From Azolla caroliniana (lineage: Eukaryota; Plantae; Polypodiophyta): a stretch of 64,000 nucleotides of DNA. The first letter of the stretch is position 1; every line of letters begins with the position of its first letter. The position numbers and the translations under genes are program-made. Positions 51,362-61,582 of the stretch are shown one piece after another. The DNA lies in NCBI GenBank assembly GCA_043228905.1, contig JBHGNT010000018.1, positions 186,001 to 250,000 on the forward strand, written 5' to 3'. A model generated the notes under the pieces. It saw only the letters and a program-made list of their open reading frames with translations, had not been told where the DNA came from and made no database searches.

Positions 51362-54300
51362 GTCCGGCCAAAATAGGAGCCATTTGGTTGGACAACCCTA
51401 GATATGTACAACCTAGTGTGGGTTCCATTTCTTCCAAGCATGTTAGTAGAGTCTTCTCAGCCCTAGTACAAGTTAGGACACCCAGTTGTCAACTTCAAGT
51501 CCAAGCCCTCTTAGATACTGGAGCCAATTCTTGTTTCATGGATAGAGATTTTGCCCAAAAACACCAAATATCCTTGCATACACTTCCTTGTCTAGTTTCC
51601 GTAGTAGTGATTGATGGACGCCCCATAGCTTCCGGGAAGATATTTGAAGAGTCTGAGCCAATACACATACTCTTGGGTGATTTAGGATGTGTAGTTTCCT
51701 TTAACATAATCCGTAGTCCTGAGCATCCAATTGTCCTCGGTTTGGCATGGTTCGAGCTACATAACCCTAGAATCGATTGGAGGAAGCGAGAAATTAGGTG
51801 CCCTTTAGCAGAAAATATCATTCTCAAGGATCGAACTCGGGATTATCCTCCCAAAGTATATAGTTCTACCGATGCACCATATCCTTCTCATCAAATTTCA
51901 GCCATCACATTGCATCAATTGCACCAAGTGGGAGGCAAGGAGGACCTTTTCTTATTTGCAGTATCAGTGACACCTTCTAGTGTCACTCAAGGGAATTCAG
52001 ACATCCAAATTCCCAAAAAATATCAAGACTATGCTGATGTTTTCGACAAAGTCAAAGCTAGTGTTCTTCCAAAGCATCGGCCGTACGACTGTCCTATTGA
52101 TCTCCAACCAGGAAAAGAGCCTCCGTGGGGTCCGATTTACAATTTATCACCCACTGAGCTTGAGGTTCTTTGAGAATACATCGAGGAAAATCTTGCACAT
52201 GGGTTTATTCGACATTCAAAGTCTCCAGCTGGTGCTCCTATCTTTTTTGTGAAGAAAAAGGACGGCTCCCTTCGTTTGGTCGTGGATTATCGAGGCTTAA
52301 ATAAAGTCACCATAAGGAATAGGTATGCTTTACCTTTAATCTCCAATCTCTTAGAACGCATTGGTGGGGCAAAGCATTTTACCAAAATTGATCTAAGGGG
52401 TGCATATAATCTTGTTCGAATTCGGCCGGGAGATGAGTGGAAAACATCGTTTCGTACTCGGTATGGTCATTTCGAGTATACAGTCATGCCTTTCGGGCTC
52501 ACAAATGCACCTGCCGTATTCCAACATATGGAAAATGACATCTTCCGGGATTTCTTGGATATTTTTCTAATCATCTACCTAGATGATCTATTGATTTACT
52601 CTAAAACATAGGGGGAGCATGATATACATGTGCGGCAAGTACTTGAACGCCTAAGGAAGTATGGTCTTTACGCCAAACTTGAGAAATGCAGTTTTGATTG
52701 CAAACAAGTTGAATTTTTGGGATACACTATTTCATCCCAGGGTGTTTTCATGGACCCGGCAAAAGTCCAAACAATATTGGAATGGAAACCCCCATGCTCA
52801 GTTCGGGATGTCCAGTGTTTCCTCGGATTTGCGAACTTCTATCGCAAATTCATACATAATTATTCAAGCATTGTGTTGCCCCTTACTCAACTCACCAAGA
52901 AAAATCAAGCATTTTTTTGGAGTATCGAAGCGGACAAGGCTTTTACGCAGCTGAAAGAGGCATTCACATCAGCACCCATCCTAGCACATATTGATCCTGA
53001 AAAGCCATTTACTATTGAGGCGAATGCATCAGACTTTGCATTGGGGAGTATCCTATCGCAACCAGGCGAGGACGGGCAGATACATCCAGTCGCGTTTCAC
53101 TCGAGAAAGTTTACTGTTTCGGAGATAAACTATGAGGTGCATGACAAGGAGTTACTAGCTGTGGTCGACTCATTCGAGCAATGGCGTCATTTTCTAGAAG
53201 GATCACCTCATCAGATTATCATTTATAGTGATCACAAAAATCTCACATATTTTCAAACAGCTCGAGTATTAAATAGGCGACAAGCTCGGTGGGCCCAATT
53301 TCTAACGCGTTTCGATTTCAAGATCATTTTTCGCCCTGGAAAACAACAAGGGAAAGCAGATGCTCTGTCTCGGCGTTCGTATCTAGCCCTTCGACCTGGA
53401 GATCCGGCCTTTGACAATCAAAAGCAAACTCTCCTCGGGCCATCAAAGCTACAGGTAACAACAATTTATGCCACACCACTTGATTCTACCCTTCTTGACA
53501 CTATTCGGCAACTACTTCATTCGGATGATTTTGCTAAGGATGTCTTAGCCCACTGTGGTTCAAGTCGTCCATCTTGCTCCACATTGCCAGGGTCATCTCA
53601 ACATTATCAGGACTTCAAGTGGCAAGATGGTTTACTCTTCTACAAGAATCTCCTTTACGTCCCCGACGGATCACCCCGACTTCAAGTGTTGGAACATTGT
53701 CATGATGCCCCCATGGCTGGACATTTTGGTATTTCCAAGACCATTGAGCTGGTGAAACGTTCATTTTGGTGGCCTCACTTGCAAAAATTTGTCGAAGATT
53801 ATGTTCGCACTTGTGACACCTGTTGTCGCGCCAAAATACCCCGGCATCACCCTTATGGCTTACTACAACCATTACCCCCTCCCAACAAGCCATGGCAGTC
53901 TATTTCTATGGATTTCATTACGGATCTGCCACCTTCCAAAGGCTTTGATACTATTTTAACAGTAGTGGATCGGTTCACCAAGATGGCACATTTTGTACCA
54001 TGTGTAAAGACCATCAATAGTGAAGAAACTGCAGATCTCATTATGCGTGAAGTGTTTCGCCATCATGGTCTCCCGAATGATATTATTAGCGATCGAGGTC
54101 CTCAATTTATCTCACACTTTTGGAAGCACCTATGGGCAGGCCTCAAAATCTCTTGCAAACTCTCTTCGGCTTATCATCCACAAACTAACGGACAAACAGA
54201 GCGCACAAATCAAACGCTCGAGCAATATCTTCGATGTTTCATTAGTTATCAACAAGATGATTGGAGTAAAATTTTACATCTTGCCGAGTTTGCATACAAC

Positions 54301-55017
54301 AACACGGTCCACTCTTCTACCAAAGTTACACCTTTCTTTGCCTACACCGGCAACCACCATCGATGGTGTATACTGGATCTTCCCGAGGTGTCACGAAACC
54401 CTAGTGCGGCGCATCACCTCCACCGACTACAACAAATCCAGTTCGAGTTATCGTCACATCTTCAGAAAGCGCAAGCACACCATAAGACCAATGCCGATCG
54501 ACATCGTCTTAAGTCTCCGTTTAAGGTTGGTGACCGTGTATGGTTGCTTCGTCGTCACATCAAGACTACCCGACCGTGTGCTAAGCTTGACTATCAACGC
54601 TTAGGTCCTTTTGTCATCACGGCGAAGATTAATGATGCAACATTTCGTCTTAACCTTCCTGCACATATGCGGCTTCACCCTGTCTTTCATAGCTCTCTTT
54701 TGGAACCTTGCCACACCTCTTTAATTCCTAATCGTGTCGTGCCACCACCGCCTTCTATACAACTTGTGGACGGCCCCGAATACGAGGTAGCTGCTATTCT
54801 CGATTCTAAGATTGTGCGCAATAAGCTTTATTATCTAGTTGATTGGCTTGGTTATCCTCCGAGTGATCGCACTTGGGAACCCATCGATAACGTTTGTAAT
54901 GCTGAAGCTCTGGTCAACGACTTCCATCGTCACTATCCAAACAAGCCCGGCCCAACAATGTTAACGCCGACTTCCACTCGGCGTTCTCGAAGGAGGGATA
55001 GTGTCATGAACACATGA
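51349..55017 (+). pseudogene. Chromovirus Pol (protease-RT-RNase H-integrase-chromodomain) in the -1 frame with two premature stops
   Basis: LLDTGA protease, YLDD RT, integrase HHCC and DDE (SMDFIT, SDRGPQF, GQTER), and chromodomain EYEVAAILDSK...YLVDWLGY...TWEP. ORFs at 51388, 52249 and 52630 share one frame, separated by TGA 52171-52173 and TAG 52609-52611. Confidence 0.92.
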
Positions 55018-56978
55018 CCATTATGGCGTCACCCGGACTTGAACCTCGAACCTTGTAATTCATACTTGAAAACCTCAACCATTAAGATAGCTTATTGTTA
55101 TATGAAACAATAAAAGCTACTTCTTGTATTACATTGATTATTGTAAAAACTCTAGATTATTCTAGAATGTTCTAGAATGTCCTAGAGCATTCTAGGTCTA
55201 GAACATTCTAGAACATTCTAGAAATCTCTAAGCTATTCTATAGGAACCTATAAATAAGCGCATACATGTATTCTCAAATCAATTCGAATCAACACCAGTC
55301 TTTAGCTCTCATTACATATCTTGTATCCATTCTCTTTCTTTCTCTATCTTATACATCCATTCTTCTCTATCCTTCTTCCATCACTCTATCTTTTATCCTT
55401 GGTTCTGATAGATAAGCGTCGATGTGGACGATGATGAGATGGTCCAAATATGCCTCGGCGTCCTTGCACCACGGTGTTGTGAAGATTTTCGGCAATGGTG
55501 TGAAAATCACATAAAACGTACAAAATCGAGTATGAATCACATAAAACAATAATAGTGAAGATAACATTTTAAATAAGTTTAATATCTAAGTACAAAATGA
55601 TGGAGGCCTTCAAGAGCTTTCGAATGCACTTTATTACACGAGAAACAGACAACTAGATGTCAAGATATGAGGGTATAAAGTTTGTGAAAGGAAAAGAGAA
55701 AACTGTGAGATATCCCACATAGGCACGACAAATACGGCTCTCATCATATATAAGGTAGAGCAAAAGCTCTCTCTCAATCTAAAATCAATCATTCTATCTT
55801 ATCTCAATCTCTCTCTCTTTCAATCTATCTTAAATCCTTTCTCGCTAAAGCTAGTGCCAACTTCGAATCCTTCCAGTCCAGAACCCCGGTGGTTCCGCCT
55901 CGCGATCCACGCCTAGTGACGGATCTTCACGACATAATTAACTGGTGAACTCGACGTGAAAGAGGCGGTAGGAAGGATCAAGTCGAGTATCGACCGATAC
56001 TTGGAGATGGCATCCTCAAGCAATCAAGCGGGAGAGCTCGAAAGGATGATGCTAATCGTTGAGCAAATGATGAGATCTCGGGATAACGACGCGAGCGTGG
56101 AGAAGGCTGTCGATTGTGTCGTAGAGCTCGAGGGCCAATTCGATGGAAGGAACATTACGAAGTTCCTTGATGCATATAGAAGGGAGATGAATCAGAGGGA
56201 CGTGTCCGAAGCACGTCAAATCGCAAGCTTCAAGAGAGTTGTCGCCAACAACGTTCAAAGACGCGTCATCGAACTTCAAGAAGGTAAGACAACATGGTCC
56301 GAGTTCGAGAAAATGATATTAGCGGAGTTCGCGACTGAAGACTCAACAAGGATGACTCGACATGCCCTGATGTAGTGGATAGAGAAGAAGAATAAGAAGA
56401 TGAGGGCCTCGAGGGTGTACGACGAATTCGACCAGATGTTTGGCCGTCTCCCCAATACGGATCAAGTGCTACTTGAAGAGGACAAGACTTTATACTTCTT
56501 AAAAAATTTGGACATGAAGGATAGAAGAGAGTTGGGGACTCTCCTCGAAGATGATACCCAAGTGAACGGGCTTGTGGCGGACTGGGTTGCGGTGAAGCAA
56601 GCATGCAACAAGATCGATAGACGTCATTGATGGCTTGATGGTATTGACTTGGTAAGGCCGATCATAGAGAAAGCAAAACCATCCAAAGAAGTAGAGACGC
56701 CTAAACAACGCATGCAACATGAAAAGAAGATTGATGATGAGTTGAGGACGATGACGACCATTTCAAAGGAGAACAAATGTTTCAGAACATGCGTCGTGTT
56801 CGAAACAAAGAATGATGAAAGGGCAAGCCTAATTGAAGCCTGCATTAAAGGAGATAAAGAGTGCGAGATCGACATGATAGAGGATCTAGCCACTAAAATC
56901 GAGGAGGTGGCTATGAGCAAGACAACAGGAGTCGACAATGTACTAGAGACTTGGGCAATTGCGTCCGCTAACCAACGT

Positions 56979-57593
56979 TGTCGTGAAGAATTTCGGCCAG
57001 AGGCGGAAACCGGGAAATATTGGCTACATCGGCGGGGTGCAACATGTGCACTCAGCCTTGTACATTTAGTGTGAATAACGAGGGCGCCTTTATGGCGCCA
57101 AAGGGTAATCAAGTCGGGACAAGAATCCCATGTAATAAGGGATTTATCCCACGATGCTACGAATCCCTCTCCTTGTTCTATAAAAGGAAGGGAGTGCCCT
57201 TGGTGAAGGGGTTGCCCATTTTGGTAGTAGGGTATACCGTTAGAGGAAGAAACGTTCTCTCTTCCTCTTTCTTTTTCCTTGGTTTTAGGGTTTCTTTTTT
57301 TTCCTCTGCTTCTTCCTCTTCATCGTTGTGTGTATCGAGCCGGGACATCTAACGTTTCCGTTGTCTGCCCGTCCTCTGTGCAAGACCCCGCTCGGCGGCT
57401 TGGCAGTAGACGACTGTTGCAACCTGAGCTACTTAGGTCGGGCTTGATGCCAGTATTGTATCTTGTTCTTGTAATATATGTGTGGAGGGTTCTGTGTATC
57501 AGTGTCTATGTGGGTGTTTTGGCGTCCTCTTACCTCCGTTTCTGTACATAAGGGCATGAGTTGGGTCGGCGTCGTGTGTGTGTGAATCAGCAT

Positions 57594-57633
<40 letters not shown>

Positions 57634-57742
57634 CGGTTGCTTCTGGAACGCGTCCGGAATCGTCTTCTCGGTTTCCCTTCTTCCTTCGTCCGAGACCCTC
57701 GTGGTCCCTCCCTTCTACACGCACGCGCGTAATAACGCGACA
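56979..57742 (+). mobile_element. Solo LTR with 4-bp TSD
   Basis: TGTCGTGAAGAATTTCGG...AACGCGACA flanked by ACGT on both sides (56975-56978, 57743-57746). Its 3' end matches the LTR at 61167-61582 (-). Confidence 0.8.
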
Positions 57743-59474
57743 ACGTGAGACAGGAGGTGGCGGCGAAGAACCAGAGGTCGAAGCTAAAGAGAGAAGGATA
57801 ATCAAAGCTTGTTCGATCAAGAGAGTCAATGGGTGCGAGGCCCATGAGATTGAAGAGATAGCCACGAAAAACGACATCAAGTAGGAGAGGGCTATGAACG
57901 AGTCAATGGCGATTGGTCATGTTGAGACTTTCCCACTGCTAACTCCAGAGACTTCGGCGGTTGCGATCGAAAGGCAACGTGAGACTGAAGAGACGGAAGA
58001 TGGAGGAGAGACAACAAAGGTCAAAGCCGATGTATATGATGAAGAGATAGCTGAGAAGGAGGCTATGGACGAAACGACGGAGGAAGGTAATACTAAGGAA
58101 TCCGGCCCACTAATTCTAGAGACTTCGGCGGTTGTGTCCGAGAACCAACGTGACACCGGAGAGACGGATGGTGGCAAAAAGGAAGAGAAGGACAAAGATA
58201 GTACAGATAATGACGACGGCCAAATTTCCTCCACACTCTTTCCCAAGACTTGGGCAATTGCATCCGAGAACCGATGTAAGACCCAAGAGACGGGAGGTGA
58301 TGGCGAAGAACTGAAGGCCGAAACTAATACTTGCGGCAAAAGACGGAAGCTAGCGGCGAGGAAGCAAAGGTCAATGTTGATTCGCGCAACGACGACAAGG
58401 AAGCAAAGATCAATGTTGATTCAAGAAACATTAAGATGGAAATGGCTAAGTGTGGCACGAAAAAGGCAAATGACGGAAATGTATGGGTCCCTCCACACTC
58501 TTTCTAGAGACTTGGGCATTAACTGATGTAAGACCCAAGAGAATGATAGTGACGGGGAAGAAGTAAGGGTTAAAGCTGATGCGTGCAACGAAGAAGTTGC
58601 GCAAAATATGGCAAGGGATGGTGATGGCCAAGCGAGCCATGAGGATTTGACAAATGTGATCAAGACATCTATCAAAGACACTATTGTGAATGAGTCCAAG
58701 TGCCTTGAGCAAGGAGACAATCGAGACAAAGGCGGAACATTTATGAGACTTAAACGATTATCCTCAGGAAGGGAGCAAGGGGCCATGATAACAAGTCATG
58801 GTAAAGCAAAGAAAAGACGAATGATATGGTGGATTGGCTGGCAACCATGATTCGAGTGCAAAGGAAAGGACATGCTCGACGTGGAGGAGTCATGCTGATC
58901 ACCATTGCCAAAATCTCACTTTCTCTTTTCTTGGCACGTACCGGAGGACGTGCGGTTTGGTGGGGGTGGATGTCGTGAAGATTTTCGGCAATGGTGTGAA
59001 AATCACATAAAACGTACAAAATCAAGTGTCAATCATATTAAACAATAATAGTGAATATACTAATTCTAAGTAAGTTTAATACCTTAGTATAAAAGACAAA
59101 GATCTTGAAGAGGTGCACTTTATTACATAAGAAACAAACATCTAAGTGTCAACTTATGTGGGTAAGAAGTTGCGAAATAAAAAGAGAAAATTATGAGATA
59201 TCCCACATATATAAGGTAGAGCAAAAGTTATTATCTTTGTGTTTATGTGTGGAGCATAGAGAGTTCAAGATAACTTGAACTAAGAGTGGAGGTGACCTAG
59301 TCACTCGTAAAGGTTTTGGCCAACCAAAACGGAACTGGACAATAATCGGTGATCGGCATGTGCCGACAGCAGTGGAGCCGGTGATCTGGCGGTACTGGCA
59401 TCCGACGGGCCGGCAAGGTGACGACATCTGGCGACTAGATAAATAAATATATAAATATATATACATATACAAAG

Positions 59475-59545
59475 AGGGCAAGTAAGGATTCAAACCTTGC
59501 ACCTCCAAGTTAGGAGTCAATTGGCTTACCACTAAGCCAAGATAT
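59475..59545 (-). other. tRNA-like Pol III module inside the long LTR 58971-60025
   Basis: Minus strand reads TGGCTTAGTGGTAAGCCAATTGACTCCTAACTTGGAGGTGCAAGGTTTGAATCCTTAC: consensus A-box and a B-box with one C>T change. Confidence 0.55.
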
Positions 59546-60025
59546 TTAGTTAAAATTATGTTTCTATCATTGTACTTTTACATATAAATTCTCATACATG
59601 AGAGCAAAAATGAGTGACATGGTTATCATGCACCACATGTAATACATGAGCGCCAAATGGCAAACATGCATTTTATGCATGTCTTGAACCCTCAAATGCA
59701 TGAGGGCATCTATAAAAGAGGGAATGGAAAAGATCAATTGGGGTTTTTTTTTTCTTGGAGAAAAGAAAGCTTTGTACTTTAAATCAAAATTAATATTAAG
59801 AAGAAAATTCGTTATCCATCTTGTTCTTCAAATCTAAAGTCAAGAGTATCAATCTTAATCTCTCTCAATCTAAAATCAATTGTTCTATCTTATCTCAATC
59901 TCTCTCTCTTTCAATCTATCTTAAATCCTTTCTCGCTAAAGCTAGCGCCAACTTCGAATCCTTCCGGTCCAGAACCCCGGCGGTTCTGCCTCGTGATCTA
60001 CGCCTAGTGACGGATCTTCATGACA

Positions 60026-61582
60026 GCGGGCACTCGGGCCCGACTGCCATCGTCTCGGGAGCAAGTCTAGGAAGACGCGTAGAATCACCTATCCTATTTA
60101 TGCCCTTCTCCGTAGCCACCGGCTCCTCGTGGTCGGTGGTTGTCTCCTTACCGATCGCGCAAGCCCTGCCTGGGCTTGCTTCTCCAATGTCCGGAGTTCT
60201 GGGCTGACGTGCCCGAAACTGCCGGTCCCGACGTTCCGATTTTGTGATCGGTATCTCGGCCTTGTCCTTGGTCGTTCTATCTCTGCAAGCCCAGAGGGCA
60301 TTTTGTTTCGCACCCTCTCCTATGGTACCGTCGTATCGATCTTCTGCCATCTCGTGGGGCAGGTCCGCTTCCTCGGTGTCGGCTTGTGGCTTCGATCTTT
60401 CCTCTTCCTCGAGCATTCTCTCGAGAGCTGCATACGCCTCCGCAATCCTAGCCCCCATGACGAGCCTTGCCGACTCTCTTTCCCGTTCGACCTCTTCCTA
60501 TTGTGATGGAGCGTCGTCGCACGCCTTCCTCCTAGCCTTCTCTTCACGCTCGTCATCTAGCCGTTGGCATACCCTTCCGACCTTCGACCAGTCCTCCGTA
60601 AGGCCATTCGCTCTGTCTTCGTCTTCGAGCTCAATCCCAATGGCCTCCCGTTCCGCTCGGTCGATTGACCTAACGAACAACAGAAATTTGTCCGCCCCCA
60701 CCAAACCTTGCTCCCGCTCCGTTGGAACGCCTTCGTTTCGCACCGGTGGGTCTTCGACGATGCCACCCACTGGTCGAAGCCGCGTCATCTCCAGCTCTTC
60801 CGTTGTCCTCCATATGCCTGCAGGAGCACCTCTTCGAAGGCCTCCCACGAACTATGAGCTTCTCAGAGCTCCTTCACTTCCGCGTGCATGCGGACGGCGA
60901 TGACCCGACAAAAGAACCCCAGCCTCAACGCCTCGTCTACGCCTCGCTCCTCCATTTCCGTGTTGTAGGCTTCCAAGTAGAATGGGACTTTGTCCCCGTT
61001 GAAATGGCCGACTCTTTCGACCACTCGCTCAACAGCTTGTTGCGTTGTCTCCCTTCTTGTTGTTGCTCGTCCAAACTCCCTCACCGCTTCGACAAAAAGC
61101 TGCGTGAAGTCGTTTTCTTCCAACTCCATTCTCCCTTGCCGCCCTTCGCGTTGGGTTCACCAAAGATGTCGCGTTGATACGCGTGTGCGTGTAGAAGGGG
61201 CGGGACCACGGGGGTCTCAGACGAGGGAGAACGAGACGCTAAGAAAACCGACTCCGGGGACGTCCTGGAGGCAACCGAACACGACAGAGAGAGAGAGAGA
61301 CAAAGGAGAGAGAGAGCATGCGTAGGACGCCGACTCTTATGCACAGGGAACAAGGGCTATGTTCCCGACACCGCCACCCTCACGACTCAAAATGGGCAAC
61401 CCCTTCACAAGAGACCCCTCCCTTCCTTTTATAGCCCAAGGAGGGAGAGACGTTACAGTGTGGGATAAATTCTCCCCCTTATTCTATACACCATTTTACT
61501 ACTATACATGTGCACATGTTGCACATTGCCGACTTGCCCATTCCACCCCGGTTTCACACTGTAGCCGGAAATCTTCACAATA
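60026..61582 (-). mobile_element. Truncated LTR element (5' LTR, tRNA-Trp PBS, gag-like ORF) in reverse orientation
   Basis: LTR 61582-61167, PBS TGGTGAACCCAACGCGAA at 61162-61145. Broken ORF from 61129 (VGHFNGDKVPFYLEAY...; ELEDEDRANGLTEDWSKV) resembles the gag at 56007-56630. Confidence 0.78.

Larger units (their letters stand above)
49713..55410 (+). mobile_element. Ty3/Gypsy chromovirus (Tcn1/Tf1-sushi-like), full length, inserted in the Copia gag
   Basis: 409-bp LTRs at 49713-50121 and 55002-55410, identical by eye except the penultimate base. TSD GATAA (49708-49712, 55411-55415), PPT GAAGGAGGGATAG, and gag-PR-RT-RH-IN-chromodomain order. Confidence 0.95.
55475..60025 (+). mobile_element. 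Non-autonomous (gag-only) LTR element with tRNA-Trp PBS and mismatched LTRs
   Basis: LTRs TG(T/C)GTGAAGATTTTCGG...GGATCTTCA(C/T)GACA at 55475-55934 and 58971-60025. PBS TGGTGAACTCGACGTGAA at ~55943-55960, decayed gag-like ORF at 56007-56630 (QFDGRNITKFLDAY...TTWSEFEK), acidic repeat ORFs at 57894-58850, PPT GGTGGGGGTGGA. No RT seen. Confidence 0.75.

Noticed and set aside
52171-52611. Programmed readthrough or U-to-C editing of the pol stop codons
   Set aside because: U-to-C editing in ferns is organellar. Both stops are simply explained by C>T deamination in a methylated nuclear transposon.
60018-61353. Long overlapping plus-strand ORFs (e.g. 60244-60903, 219 aa) as genes
   Set aside because: Antisense shadows of a GC-rich retroelement gag region with no recognisable domain.
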